64,000 nucleotides of DNA from Candidatus Aldehydirespirator sp. (GTDB lineage: Bacteria; Actinomycetota; Acidimicrobiia; Acidimicrobiales; Aldehydirespiratoraceae). The stretch is from assembly GCA_965221185.1 (NCBI GenBank), contig OZ244866.1, positions 1,366,901 through 1,430,900 on the forward strand, written 5' to 3'. The notes below the pieces were generated by a model. The model was not told the origin of the DNA. It saw only the letters and a list, made by a program, of their open reading frames with translations, and did no database searches. Below are positions 51,042-61,707 of this stretch, one piece after another (position 1 is the stretch's first letter; the number at the start of each line of letters is the position of its first letter). The translations under genes and the position numbers were made by a program.

Positions 51042-53309
51042 TCAGTCGTCGAGTGGGGGCGGCTCGGCGTGATGGTCGCGCTCGACGGTGACGCTGATGC
51101 GCTCGATGGTGCCCTGGAATGGGAACGGCGCTCGGTATGCGGATGACACCGGGCTCAGGGGGTTGTGGCCGATGTCGATTCCGGAGAGGGTCAGGAAGTC
51201 GAGGGAGCGTTCGAGGCGAACTGGCTCGCCTCTCGCGTCACCCACCTGGAGCTGCACTCTGGCCCCACCGTCGTGGATCCTCTCGAAATCGAGGGCCACG
51301 AGCAGCCTGCCCTTCGGAGGATCGGGTAGCGGCAGGGCGGCCGCGGTGACACTGGAGGCCGCGTTGTACTCGTAGTGCAGGGTGCCGCGGTCGACGTACA
51401 TCACGAACCCCGAGGCGGAGTTGCCGTAGGCGATGATCACGCCTGACTTCTGGCCCGACACGACGGCCTCGACCCGGTACGCGGTGGCGCTCCCGAGGGG
51501 CGGAGCGGAGCTCGGCTCGATGTGGGACAGCGGAGGGAAATAGTCGAAGCGGCTGCGCAGCAGCGGGGAGTCCGGTGGTGGCGGCGCGCTGAACAACTCC
51601 ACGACGCGGTCGTCGAGGGGCAGCACGTCGTGCTTGCCGGCCTCCTGCCACCACCGGTCGACGAGGCTGCGGAGCTTGTCGGGGTGGGTCGAGGCCAGGT
51701 TGCGGGCTTCGGAGAAGTCCTCGTCGAGGTGGTACAGCTCCCACTCGTGGTCTAGGTATTCGGTGCCCTTGAAGTGCCGGGTCACCGCCTTCCATCCGTC
51801 GGCCCACAGCCCCCGGTTGCCGAACATCTCGAAGTACTGCACCCGGCGCACCGTCGGAGCCGCGGGACTGTCGAACGTGTAGGCGAGGCTCTCACCGTGC
51901 ATAGGCATCTGGGGGACACAGCCGTACTGCGGGGGCGGCTCGATCCCAGCCACCTCGTAGATCGTCGGGGCGATGTCGATGATGTGGTGGAACTGGTCGA
52001 GGATCTCGCCCGGCTGGGCCAGTCTGCCGGGCCAATGAATGATCAGGGGGTCGCGGATGCCGCCGCCGTGGGTGTGGAACTTGTACCAGCGCAGCGGGGT
52101 GTTGGAGGCCTGGGCCCATCCCGTCGCGTAGTGGCTGTCGGCGCGGGGGCCGCCCACGTCGTCGAGGGCGCCCAGGACCTGGTCGACGTCCTCCTGCATG
52201 TCGTTGAAGAAGCGGATCCGGCTGACGGCGCCGAGGCGCCCGCCCTCCATGGCAGCCCCGTTGTCGGAAGTGACGACGACCACGGTGTCGTCGAGCCGGC
52301 CGCTGTGCCCCAGAAAGTCGAACAGCCGGCCCAGCTGCTCGTCAGTGTGCTCCACGAAGGCGGCATAAGCCTCCTGGAGACGGGCCGCAACGCGCTGCTC
52401 GTCATCTCTGAGCGAGTCCCAGGGCGGTGCGTCGGGGTTGCTCGGCGGCAACTCCGTGCCTGCGGGGATGACTCCCAGCTCGAGCTGGCGCTCGTAGCGA
52501 TTGCGGCGGATGGCGTCCCAGCCTGTGTCGTAGCGCCCCCTAACCGCCTCCATCCACTCCGCGGGCGCGTGGTGCGGGGCGTGGGCCGCACCGAGGGGCA
52601 GGTATAGGAAGAACGGGTCGGCGGGGGCGTGGGCGATGTGGTCGGCGATGTAGCCGACGGACCGGTCGATCAGGTCGGTCGTCAGGTGATAGCCCTCCTC
52701 GGGCGTAGCCGGCGGCAACACCCAGTGGTTGTCCTGGACGAGCTCCGGGAAGTAGTGGTCGGTGGCCCCGTTCATGAATCCGTAGAACTGGTTGAAGCCC
52801 CGCCCCAGGGGCCACTCGTCGAACGGCCCCGCGGGAGAGGTCTCCCTCATGGGGGCCACGTGCCACTTGCCGGCCGCGAAGGTGTTGTAGCCGGCGTCTC
52901 GGAGCACCTCGGACACGAGCGCCGCACTGCGAGTGATCCGCCCCCGGCCGTTGGGCCATCCCGAGTCGACGTTGGACAGCATGCGCATCCCGACGGAGTG
53001 ATGGTTGCGCCCGGTCAGCAGGCAGGCCCGCGACGGGGAGCACAGGGTGGTGGTGTGGAAGTTGTTGTAGCGATGGCCGGCCGCCGCGAGCGCGTCGATG
53101 TTCGGGGTACGCACCTCCGCGCCGTAGCAGCCCAGGTCGGCGAACCCCAGGTCGTCGAACAGGACCACGACGACGTTGGGGCCCGTCGCGCTCCTCCTGG
53201 CGGGGTAGACCGGCTCGCTGTCCCGGTAGGTCAGGCCCAGATGGCCCCTGGGGCCGAGAGACGACACCATCGATTTGAGGTCCTTCCGAACGAGAGCCGC
53301 GACGCTCAA
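51042..53309 (-). CDS. Arylsulfatase (formylglycine-dependent)
   Basis: VVVLFDDLGFADLGCYG and CSPSRACLLTGRNHH (CxPxR) motifs. 755 aa. Confidence 0.9.
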   Translation of the reverse strand: MSVAALVRKDLKSMVSSLGPRGHLGLTYRDSEPVYPARRSATGPNVVVVLFDDLGFADLGCYGAEVRTPNIDALAAAGHRYNNFHTTTLCSPSRACLLTGRNHHSVGMRMLSNVDSGWPNGRGRITRSAALVSEVLRDAGYNTFAAGKWHVAPMRETSPAGPFDEWPLGRGFNQFYGFMNGATDHYFPELVQDNHWVLPPATPEEGYHLTTDLIDRSVGYIADHIAHAPADPFFLYLPLGAAHAPHHAPAEWMEAVRGRYDTGWDAIRRNRYERQLELGVIPAGTELPPSNPDAPPWDSLRDDEQRVAARLQEAYAAFVEHTDEQLGRLFDFLGHSGRLDDTVVVVTSDNGAAMEGGRLGAVSRIRFFNDMQEDVDQVLGALDDVGGPRADSHYATGWAQASNTPLRWYKFHTHGGGIRDPLIIHWPGRLAQPGEILDQFHHIIDIAPTIYEVAGIEPPPQYGCVPQMPMHGESLAYTFDSPAAPTVRRVQYFEMFGNRGLWADGWKAVTRHFKGTEYLDHEWELYHLDEDFSEARNLASTHPDKLRSLVDRWWQEAGKHDVLPLDDRVVELFSAPPPPDSPLLRSRFDYFPPLSHIEPSSAPPLGSATAYRVEAVVSGQKSGVIIAYGNSASGFVMYVDRGTLHYEYNAASSVTAAALPLPDPPKGRLLVALDFERIHDGGARVQLQVGDARGEPVRLERSLDFLTLSGIDIGHNPLSPVSSAYRAPFPFQGTIERISVTVERDHHAEPPPLDD

Positions 53310-53468
53310 GGATGCCCGCTGTGACGTCGAGATCCCTCATCCCTGACGCTGCGCTCGCACCAGAATGTGTACAGATGCCGGGCGGCCACTCTTGAGGAGC
53401 CGCTGGACATCGTGCCGCCGCTCGGACCGCGCGTCACGTCCCAGGGTGGAACGCGTAGTGTGGACGTG

Positions 53469-55325
53469 ATGGTTGCTTCACTCGACCCCAGCGAAGCCCG
53501 CCAACCGCACCTCACCGACGGTTCTGACCCAGGCGCCGGGCGGCAGGGGCTGCGGTCGGCGGCCTGGTTCGACGTCAAGGGTCAACCGGACCTGTCGGCG
53601 CTGTACCTCGAGCGCTACGTGAACTACGGGCTGACCCGCGAGGAGCTGCAGTCCGACAAGCCCAAGATCGGGATCGCCCAGACCGGCTCGGACCTGTCGC
53701 CCTGCAACCGGCACCACCTGGAGCTGGCCAAGCGGGTGCGCGAGGGCATCCACGAAGCAGGCGGGGTCGCGTTCGAGTTCGGCGTCCATCCCATCCAGGA
53801 GACCGGCAAACGGCCCACCGCTGCGCTCGACCGCAACCTGGCCTACCTCGGCCTGGTCGAGGTGCTGCAGGGCTACCCGCTCGACGGGGTGGTGCTCACC
53901 ATCGGCTGCGACAAGACCACCCCGGCGTGCCTGATGGCCGCGGCCACCGTGAACCTGCCCGCCATCGCACTGTCGGTGGGCCCGATGCTCAACGGCTGGC
54001 ACCAGGGCCGCCGCACCGGCTCGGGCACCATCGTGTGGGAGGCCCGCAAGCTCTACGCCGCGGGCGAGATCGACGACGCCGGCTTCATCGACCTCGTCGC
54101 CTCGTCAGCGCCGTCGACGGGCTACTGCTCGACGATGGGCACCGCCACCACCATGAACTCCCTGGCCGAGGCGCTGGGCATGCAACTGCCCGGATCGGCG
54201 GCCATCCCGGCGCCGTACCGGGAGCGGGCCCAGATGGCGTACCGCACTGGGCTGCGCATCGTCGACATGGTGCGCGAGGACCTGCGCCCCTCCGACATCA
54301 TGACCCGGCAGGCGTTCGAGAACGCCATCGTGGTGAACTCCGCCATCGGGGGGTCCACCAACGCGCCGATCCACCTCAACGCCATCGCCGCCCACCTCGG
54401 CGTCCCCCTCGACAACGACGACTGGCAGAAGTACGGCCTGACCGTGCCGCTGCTGGTCAACCTGATGCCCGCGGGGGAGTATCTGGGGGAGGACTACCAC
54501 CACGCGGGAGGGGTTCCCGCGGTGGTGGGCGAGCTGATGCGGGCCGGGCTGCTGCCCCACCCCGACGCCCTCACCGCCAACGGGCGCAACATCGGGGAGA
54601 ACTGCGCTGCGGCGCGCATCGCGGACGCCGACGTGATCCGCAGTGTCAACGAGCCGCTCATGGCCGACGCCGGCTTCGTGCACCTGTCGGGCAACCTCTT
54701 CGACAGCGCCATCATGAAGACCAGCGTCATCTCCGAGGAGTTCCGCCAGCGCTACCTGTCAGACCCCGACGACCCCGACGCGTTCGAGGGCCGCGCCATC
54801 GTCTTCGACGGACCCGAGGACTACCGTGCCCGCATCGAAGACCCCGATCTCGACATCGACGAGGACTGCATGCTGATCGTGCGCGGCGCCGGCCCGGTGG
54901 GATACCCGGGCGCGGCCGAAGTGGTGAACATGCAGCCCCCCGCGGCGCTGCTTGTTCGGGGCGTCCATTCGCTGCCGTGCATCGGCGACGGGCGCCAGTC
55001 GGGTACTTCCGGCTCGCCGTCGATCCTCAACGCCTCCCCAGAGGCCGCGACCGGCGGCGGGCTGGCGCTGCTGCAGACCGGCGACCGGATCCGCATCGAC
55101 TTGCGCCGCGGCCGCGCCAACATAATCGTCGACGACACCGAGCTCGAGCGGCGCAGGGCCGAACTGGAGGCCTCAGGCGGCTACCCGGTGCCCGAGTCGC
55201 AGACCCCCTGGCAGGAGATTCAGCGATCGATGGTCACCCAGATGGATGAGGGAATGGTGTTGCGTCCCGCGTTGAAGTACCGCGACACGGCCCGCACGCA
55301 CGGCATTCCCCGGCACAACCACTGA
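53469..55325 (+). CDS. IlvD/Edd family dehydratase
   Basis: [16 protein letters not shown] and [13 protein letters not shown] motifs. ATG at 53469 chosen within the longer track ORF. Confidence 0.85.
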   Translation: MVASLDPSEARQPHLTDGSDPGAGRQGLRSAAWFDVKGQPDLSALYLERYVNYGLTREELQSDKPKIGIAQTGSDLSPCNRHHLELAKRVREGIHEAGGVAFEFGVHPIQETGKRPTAALDRNLAYLGLVEVLQGYPLDGVVLTIGCDKTTPACLMAAATVNLPAIALSVGPMLNGWHQGRRTGSGTIVWEARKLYAAGEIDDAGFIDLVASSAPSTGYCSTMGTATTMNSLAEALGMQLPGSAAIPAPYRERAQMAYRTGLRIVDMVREDLRPSDIMTRQAFENAIVVNSAIGGSTNAPIHLNAIAAHLGVPLDNDDWQKYGLTVPLLVNLMPAGEYLGEDYHHAGGVPAVVGELMRAGLLPHPDALTANGRNIGENCAAARIADADVIRSVNEPLMADAGFVHLSGNLFDSAIMKTSVISEEFRQRYLSDPDDPDAFEGRAIVFDGPEDYRARIEDPDLDIDEDCMLIVRGAGPVGYPGAAEVVNMQPPAALLVRGVHSLPCIGDGRQSGTSGSPSILNASPEAATGGGLALLQTGDRIRIDLRRGRANIIVDDTELERRRAELEASGGYPVPESQTPWQEIQRSMVTQMDEGMVLRPALKYRDTARTHGIPRHNH

Positions 55326-55348
55326 CCCAGGCGTGTCGTGACTCGGCG

Positions 55349-56245
55349 ATGACAAGGTCTTCTAGGGGGCGCGCCCTCCACCTCGATGTCGAGTCGTTGC
55401 GAGTCTTCCGCGAACTGGTGGCCCAGGGTGGATTCACCGCCGCGTCAAAGAAGCTCGGCATCACTCAGCCTGCTGTGAGCCTCAAGATTCGCCGGCTTGA
55501 GGAGCGGATCGGAATGAGCCTGATCTTACGCGAGGGCCACTCGTTCACACTCACGGCGCATGGACGCAATCTGCTCGCACACGCTGATGGGATCGTCGAG
55601 GCACATGACCGGGCTGTGGATGACATGCGGCGCAGCGAACTGAGTGGGGCGCTGCGCTTCGGCTGCGGCGGAGCGGTTACGGCGAACGAGATATCCGAGG
55701 TCGTAAGCCGCTTCAGGCGGACCCACCCAGACATCGACCTAGCCATCCGAGCGGGCACGTCCGCCGACATCAGCGAGATGCTCGATGACGGCGAGATCGA
55801 TGTCGCGCTGGTTCAACTCATCGACGTCGGCGACGCCCTGCGCCCCACCGACCTGCTCTGGCGGCGCGAAGAGCTTCATATCGTTCATGGGCCCGATGTG
55901 GACTTCACCCACGAGGACCCGATACCGCTGGTCTCATACGGGCGGCGCAGCCTGTACTACCTGTATTTGACAGCCGCTGTGGAGGCGTCTGGGCGCACCT
56001 ACAGGATGGCGGTGCAGTGGCCCAGCATCAGGGGAGTGCGGGAGGCCATCGAAGCTGGGCTGGGGGTGGGGATGCTCAACACCTCCTCCGTCACCGACAG
56101 AATGAGGCCCTGGAGGGGCATCGCCCCCGTCGACCTGCCTCGGGTGGTGTTCGTTCTGCGATCGCGGGCCGACGCAGACGGAGACGAGCTGGTCGGCGCG
56201 TTGGAGGGCCATCTCTCCGAGATCCTGACGTCACCCGCCTTATAG
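55349..56245 (+). CDS. LysR family transcriptional regulator
   Basis: LRVFRELVAQGGFTAASKKLGITQPAVSLKIRRLE HTH. Confidence 0.85.
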   Translation: MTRSSRGRALHLDVESLRVFRELVAQGGFTAASKKLGITQPAVSLKIRRLEERIGMSLILREGHSFTLTAHGRNLLAHADGIVEAHDRAVDDMRRSELSGALRFGCGGAVTANEISEVVSRFRRTHPDIDLAIRAGTSADISEMLDDGEIDVALVQLIDVGDALRPTDLLWRREELHIVHGPDVDFTHEDPIPLVSYGRRSLYYLYLTAAVEASGRTYRMAVQWPSIRGVREAIEAGLGVGMLNTSSVTDRMRPWRGIAPVDLPRVVFVLRSRADADGDELVGALEGHLSEILTSPAL

Positions 56246-56339
56246 GATTCTGGGCGGCACCGCCGACGCGTTCGGTCATCGGCGGCAGGTGACATTCTGG
56301 CCGCGTCTTGCTCCGGCTCTCCCCGATGACGATTAGCAC

Positions 56340-56368
56340 TTGTAATGGTCGTGCGGCCAAACTATAAT
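56340..56368 (+). promoter_or_regulatory. Near-consensus sigma-70-type promoter TTGTAA-N17-TATAAT
   Basis: ttgtaa at 56340-56345, an exact 17-nt spacer, and tataat at 56363-56368. It lies in a low-GC non-coding stretch. Confidence 0.45.
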
Positions 56369-56945
56369 TCCTAGCCAACATGTCGTCTCGTAAGAGGGGG
56401 AGTCCAAGATTCGACCAAGAAGGCCGGATGCACCTTTCGGATCAGTTGCAGTTTCCGCACGTCGCCCCGGCCCGCGGTGTGCCCGGTTGAGCGCCTCAGC
56501 GTGCGCTAGGGCGTCGAGCCGGCCATTCCGGTGGTCCCAGCATTCTCCACGCCTGCTTTGGGCAAAGCTCAGGTCGTCTGATTCAAACGGCGTGATTGGC
56601 GATGCAGGAATGCTAGGTTTAGAAGAGACCAGTAGAGACTCGTCAAGATTTATTTCGAATCATTCTTACAGACTCTTTGAGGCAGCTATATCGACGGCCC
56701 GCTACCCAGTCTAACATTATCGATCCATCACACTAAGACAGAAGCGCTTACACTATAGTAAAGAATGATGGCAACTGTGCGCCAGTATAGTTAGTATCGT
56801 AGCGACGATTGCTGGCACCAGTAGCATTATGCAAGTCTCCGATAAGGATGAAATGATTGAAACTGTGATGGACATGAATGCTGTTAGTTCAAGTGACACG
56901 GACGCGGTGATTGCCGTGCTAATGTCTCGCTAGGAGAGGAGGCTT

Positions 56946-57419
56946 GTGACCAGTACCGTGCCCTCGAAACATCGTCTGGCGGTTCCCGACGAGGCCCTCT
57001 CGGGTCAGGCAGCCCACGCGGCGGATGCCCTTGCGCAGTTCCTGGACCGGAATCCCGAGGCGTGTGCTGCGTCGTTGTCAGTGGTCTCGGGAGACGACGA
57101 AACAGTGCTTGACGTGCCTGTTGACGCCCTCAGGCTGCTCGCCCATATGCTGGCCGAGACCGCTAGCGGCAACGCGGTGGCACTTTCGCCGGTGGAGGCC
57201 GAGTTGACGACCCAGCAGACGGCCGACTTGCTCAACGTGTCTCGTCCATATCTGGTCAAGCTCTTGGACGAGCGCAGAATCCCATTCCGCCGTGTCGGCA
57301 ATCGACGCAGGATCCTGCTCGCCGACGTCAAGGCATTCAAGGACCTCGATGAGTCCGAACGTCGTTCCATCGCGGCTGAGTTGAGCGCCCAAGCCGAGCG
57401 CTCCGGCCAGGAAGATTGA
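56946..57419 (+). CDS. Excisionase-family (MerR-like) helix-turn-helix protein, antitoxin-like, with no partner gene
   Basis: LTTQQTADLLNVSRPYLVKLLDERRIPFRRVGNRRRI motif. GGAGAGGAGG lies before GTG 56946. Confidence 0.7.
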   Translation: MTSTVPSKHRLAVPDEALSGQAAHAADALAQFLDRNPEACAASLSVVSGDDETVLDVPVDALRLLAHMLAETASGNAVALSPVEAELTTQQTADLLNVSRPYLVKLLDERRIPFRRVGNRRRILLADVKAFKDLDESERRSIAAELSAQAERSGQED

Positions 57420-57543
57420 CGGCATACACCTGTCTAGCCTGCGACGCCAACTTTCACAGGCTAGAAAACGAGAATGGCAACTAATAGCGAGAGGTTGAGC
57501 GTCAGCGTCTTGGCTGTTGCGGCATCCAGACATGAGATGTTGT

Positions 57544-58314
57544 TCACTCCGGAGTGACGTACGCGGCGGTGAGTCCTCCGTCGACCAGTAAGTTGGCACC
57601 AGTCATATACGAGGAGTCGTCCGACGCCAGGAACAACGCGGCGGCTGCCATCTCGGCGGCCTCGCCGAAGCGGCCCATGGGCACGTGCACCAGGCGGCGC
57701 TGGCGCTTCTCCTCGGTGTCTAGGTAGGACATCAGCAGCTCGGTGCGCAGCGGCCCCGGGGACAGGGCGTTGACGCGGATGTTCTCGCGGGCGTGTATCA
57801 CGGCCAGCTCGCGGGTCAGCGACAGCACCGCGCCCTTCGACGCGGTGTAGGCGATCTGGGGCGTGGCCGCGCCCACGGACGCCACGAAGGACGCAGTGTT
57901 GATGATGGAGCCGCCTCCGGCCCTCCGCATGGCCGGGATCTGATGCCGGCAGCAGTACAGCACGCCCTTGAGGTTCACGGCCAGGGTCTTGTCGATGGTC
58001 TCGGTGGTGGTTGCGACGGCGTCGGCGTCATCGGCGAGCATGATGCCGGCGTTGTTGAAGGCGATGTCGAGGCGCCCGTAGTTGGCCTCAGCGGTCTTCA
58101 CCGCCAGCGCGACCTGTGTGTCGTCGGACACGTCGGAGCGCACCGCGGTGGCCTCGCCCCCGGCCGCTCGGATCAGCTCGACGGTCTCGTGGTTTGCCTC
58201 CGCGATGTCGGCCGCCACGATCCGGGCGCCCTCCTCGGCGAAGCGCAGCGCGGTGGCCCGCCCGATGCCGCTGGCGGTGCCGGTGATGAGCGCGACCATC
58301 CCCTCGAGCCTCAT
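57544..58314 (-). CDS. SDR family oxidoreductase
   Basis: ITGTASGIGRA and YTASKGAV motifs. ATG at 58314 is preceded by GAAGGAGG. Confidence 0.85.
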   Translation of the reverse strand: MRLEGMVALITGTASGIGRATALRFAEEGARIVAADIAEANHETVELIRAAGGEATAVRSDVSDDTQVALAVKTAEANYGRLDIAFNNAGIMLADDADAVATTTETIDKTLAVNLKGVLYCCRHQIPAMRRAGGGSIINTASFVASVGAATPQIAYTASKGAVLSLTRELAVIHARENIRVNALSPGPLRTELLMSYLDTEEKRQRRLVHVPMGRFGEAAEMAAAALFLASDDSSYMTGANLLVDGGLTAAYVTPE

Positions 58315-58491
58315 GGTTCCTCCTTCACCTGGAGCCTCGGATTCGACTCGCTGTTGAGGATGGCACATCCGCGGCCGATCCGGCAGCCTCCGGGCGATAC
58401 CGGCGCACGGACCGACGAGTGTGCCAAGTGTCACGTCGCGGGTTCCGCCCATGCGCACTTGCCGCGCGGGCGGAACCGGTAGCGTCGGCTG

Positions 58492-59643
58492 GTGCAGAGT
58501 CCAGTACGTCTCGTCTACCTGCTGAGGCCCACCGTCAAGGTCGGCATCCTTCTCGCGGTCGGCTTCAGCGTGCTGGCGTTCGTTTCGACGCCGTTTCTGC
58601 TGCCCGAGATCGCCGACCACTACGGCATCAGCCTCGGGTTGGCATCGATGATCGGCGTGTTCCAGCTGGGCGGGTTCGTGATCGGATCCTGGGGCGCGGG
58701 ACGCTTCCTTCAGCCTCGTGATCGGGTCTTCGTGCTGGCGTTGGTGGCCTCTGCGATCGCCAACCTCGCCTCCGCGGCCCTGCCAGTTTTCGCGGTGCTG
58801 GTACCGCTGCGCCTAGTCAACGGAGTGGCCCTGGGCCTGCTGGCCTGGTACGGCTGGGTGCAGGCCTTCGGCGATGATCGCCGCATGGGCGATGTGGCCG
58901 TGGCCGGTCCCGTCGTCGGTGTGGCCGCCGCGCCGCTGGTGGCGATGCTGCTTGCGGCGGGCGGAATGCGGCTGGTGTTCGGGGTACTGGCCGGCGTGTC
59001 GCTGGTCCCGCTGGCGTTCGGGTACCGCAGCGCGGTGAGGGAGCTCCCGAGGCACCGGGTCCGCCACCGGGCGGTTCCTGTGGCCCGTGTGCTGCTGGTC
59101 TGCCTTGGACTGTTCACCCTGGGCGGGTCGGCGGTGTTCATCTACGCCGTGGTGCTGGGAACGGGCGACCCTGGGCTGTCCGTCACGTTGATCGCGATCG
59201 GATTCAGCCTCAACGCGGTCGTGGCCATCCCCGGCGCCGGTCTGAAGTCCATCCGCAGCATCCCGGGCCCGTGGATGGCCGCGACCGCGGTCTGCGCGAT
59301 CGTGGTTGCCGCCACCGACTGGCAATGGCTGTTCCTGGGTGCCCTAGTGGTGTGGGGGTTCTTCTTCTGGGCCGCAATCCCGGGCGTGTTCGAGGTGCTG
59401 GCCGGCCGCTCGCACTATCCCGAGGAACGGGTGGGGGATGCCCAGGCGTTCATGGCCGCGGGCCGCGCCGGCGGTCCGCTGCTCGGGGGCCTGCTCATCG
59501 ACAGTGCCGGAGCCACCGTCCTGGGAATAGTTGGCAGCGCATTGATGCTCGCCGCCGCCATAGGCGTCTTTGCCGCGAACCGTCGCCCAACCCCTAGAGC
59601 ACCGCTGACAGGGGCGGCGCTACCATCCGGCCATGACCACTGA
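58492..59643 (+). CDS. MFS transporter
   Basis: 383-aa polytopic hydrophobic protein with about 12 predicted helices by eye. Confidence 0.7.
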   Translation: MQSPVRLVYLLRPTVKVGILLAVGFSVLAFVSTPFLLPEIADHYGISLGLASMIGVFQLGGFVIGSWGAGRFLQPRDRVFVLALVASAIANLASAALPVFAVLVPLRLVNGVALGLLAWYGWVQAFGDDRRMGDVAVAGPVVGVAAAPLVAMLLAAGGMRLVFGVLAGVSLVPLAFGYRSAVRELPRHRVRHRAVPVARVLLVCLGLFTLGGSAVFIYAVVLGTGDPGLSVTLIAIGFSLNAVVAIPGAGLKSIRSIPGPWMAATAVCAIVVAATDWQWLFLGALVVWGFFFWAAIPGVFEVLAGRSHYPEERVGDAQAFMAAGRAGGPLLGGLLIDSAGATVLGIVGSALMLAAAIGVFAANRRPTPRAPLTGAALPSGHDH

Positions 59644-60436
59644 GCATGAGACCGGCGACGTATCAAGGCTGGAGCCGGAGTGGTACCTGCCCACCTTCGA
59701 CACGGTGCAGGAGGAGCGCCAGCACCGCAAGCAGCGCCTGGCCGCCACCTACCGGATCTTCGCCAAGCTCGGTTTTGAGGACGGCGCGGTGGGCGCGGCT
59801 GGTCACGTCACCGTGCGCGACCCCGAGGATCCCGAGACGTTCTGGGTCAACCCGTGGGGAGTGCCGTTCTCCCACATCACCGCGTCGAGCCTCATCCGGG
59901 TGGACTCCCAGGGCGCCATCATCGACGGCGAGGGCGCACTGCTCAACGGCGCGGCGTTCGCCATCCACTCCCAGATCCATGCGGCCCGGCTTGACGTCGT
60001 AGCCGCGGCCCACTCCCACTCGATGCACGGCAAGTCGTTCTCGGCGCTGGGACGGCCCCTGCGCCCTATCACCCAGGACGCCTGCGCCTTCTACGACGAC
60101 CACGTGGTCTTCGACGGCTACAGCGGGGTGGTGGTGGAGCTCGACGAGGGCAAGCGCATCGCGGCCGCCCTGGGCGACTGCAAGGCCGCCATCCTGCAGA
60201 ACCACGGCCTGCTCACGGTGGGCGCCTCAGTGGACGCCGCGGCCGGCGCCTTCGTGGCCATGGACCGGGCCTGCCAGTCCCAGCTGCTGGCCGAGGCCGC
60301 TGGTGACCCGATCGACATCGGTGACGATGTTGCCCGCCACACCTACGCAATGGTCGGCAGCAGCTTGGCCATGTGGTTCACCTTCCAGTCCCTCTACACC
60401 GAGATAGTCAGGGAGCAGCCCGACCTTCTGGACTGA
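59633..60436 (+). CDS. Class II aldolase/adducin family protein
   Basis: AAHSHSMHG metal-binding histidines. 267 aa. Confidence 0.8.
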   Translation: MTTEHETGDVSRLEPEWYLPTFDTVQEERQHRKQRLAATYRIFAKLGFEDGAVGAAGHVTVRDPEDPETFWVNPWGVPFSHITASSLIRVDSQGAIIDGEGALLNGAAFAIHSQIHAARLDVVAAAHSHSMHGKSFSALGRPLRPITQDACAFYDDHVVFDGYSGVVVELDEGKRIAAALGDCKAAILQNHGLLTVGASVDAAAGAFVAMDRACQSQLLAEAAGDPIDIGDDVARHTYAMVGSSLAMWFTFQSLYTEIVREQPDLLD

Positions 60437-60444
60437 CCCTTCCG

Positions 60445-61479
60445 TCAGGGATGCAGGCGGATTTGGCCGGAGCCCTCGGTGACGTCGCCGATGACCGCTG
60501 CGTCATGGCCGGAGGCCCGCAGCTCGGTCACCACCGCAAGGCCCGCGTCGCGGCTGACCATGCCGAGCAGCAGCCCACCCGAGGTCTGAGCGTCGGCCAG
60601 CAGGGTCACCGACACATCGCTAACGTCGCCGGCATCGAGATGCGGCGACACCCAGTCGAGGTTCCGGCCGGTGCCGCCGGGCACCATGCCCAGCGCGGCA
60701 AGCTGGCGGGCACCCTCCATGAACGGCACCTCTCCGGCGGAGATCTCGAGGTCGACGCCCGATTCCTGGGCCATGCGCAGGCCGTGGCCCAGCAGGCCGA
60801 ACCCGGTGACGTCGGTGGCCGCGGTGGCGCCGTGGCGCAGAGCGGCCGCCGCCGCGGCGTCGTTGGCTCGGATCATCTCCCGAACGGCCCTCTCCACCAC
60901 CTGAGCGGGAGCCTCGCCCCGCTTGACGGCCGTGGAGACCACCCCGGTGCCCAGCGGCTTGGTCAGCACCAGCGCGTTGCCGGGCCGCAGCCCGGAGTTG
61001 GTGAGCATGCGCGACGGGTCAACCTCGCCCAGCACCGCCATCCCGTACTTCGGCTCTGGGTCGTCCACCGTGTGGCCCCCGCCCACCACGAAGCCGCCGG
61101 CTCGGGCCGCGTCCTCGCCGCCGGCGAGCACCTCGGCCAGCAGGTCGTTGGACAGCTCCTCGAAGTTCCACGCCACCAGGTTCAGCGCCAGCAGGGGTCG
61201 ACCGCCCATGGCGTAGACGTCAGACACCGAGTTGGTGGCCGCGATGCGGCCCCAAGTGCGGGCGTCGTCCACCACCGGGGTGATGAAGTCGGCGGTCAGC
61301 ACCAGGGCGCGCCCGCGGCCGATGCGCCACACGGCGGCGTCGTCGCCGGTGGCCAAGCCGACGAGCAGCTCCGGCGGCGGATCAGGGGTGAGGCCGCGCA
61401 CGACGTGCGCGAGATCGCCGGGGGCGATCTTGCAGCCTCAACCAGCGCCGTGGCTGAACTCTGTGAGCCGTCGGGCCAT
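60445..61479 (-). CDS. selD: Selenide, water dikinase with an in-frame UGA (selenocysteine) at codon 14
   Basis: Reading from ATG 61479 gives MARRLTEFSHGAG-TGA-GCKIAPGDL, then joins the 318-aa track ORF in frame. TGA at 61440-61438 replaces the Cys of the E. coli SHGAGCGCK motif. GAGAGGGGG is a likely RBS. Confidence 0.9.
61412..61430 (-). promoter_or_regulatory. Candidate SECIS-like hairpin downstream of the selD UGA
   Basis: The mRNA AGAUCGCC-CCC-GGCGAUCU forms a perfect 8-bp stem starting 8 nt after the UGA. A second small hairpin, GCGCAC-GUC-GUGCGC, follows. Confidence 0.4.
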
Positions 61480-61707
61480 CGCAGTCACCCCCTCTCGCGC
61501 ACGGGTGGCGGCGTCCCGCGGGGCAGGAGCCCGGACAGGACTGGACATCCGCAGGATACGCGCACCGCTGTGCAGCGCCCGCGGACTGTGCGCCCCCTTC
61601 GGCCAGGGCTCGGGCCAGCGAGCGGCCAGCGCGACCCGCTCTGCAGCGCCGGGGGACGGTGGCTCCGGCCGTCGAAGGGGCATGGGAGCGGCCGGTAGGG
61701 TGCAGCC

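Noticed and set aside
56487-56714. A 75-aa ORF in the low-GC stretch.
   Set aside because: It has a TTG start, no RBS, no third-position bias and no recognisable motif. It is probably not a gene, but it lies in a region I flagged for transcript mapping.
57434-57464. The hairpin ctagcctg-N15-caggctag after the HTH gene, as an intrinsic terminator.
   Set aside because: The loop is long (15 nt), the stem is only 8-9 bp, and neither strand has a U-tract after it.
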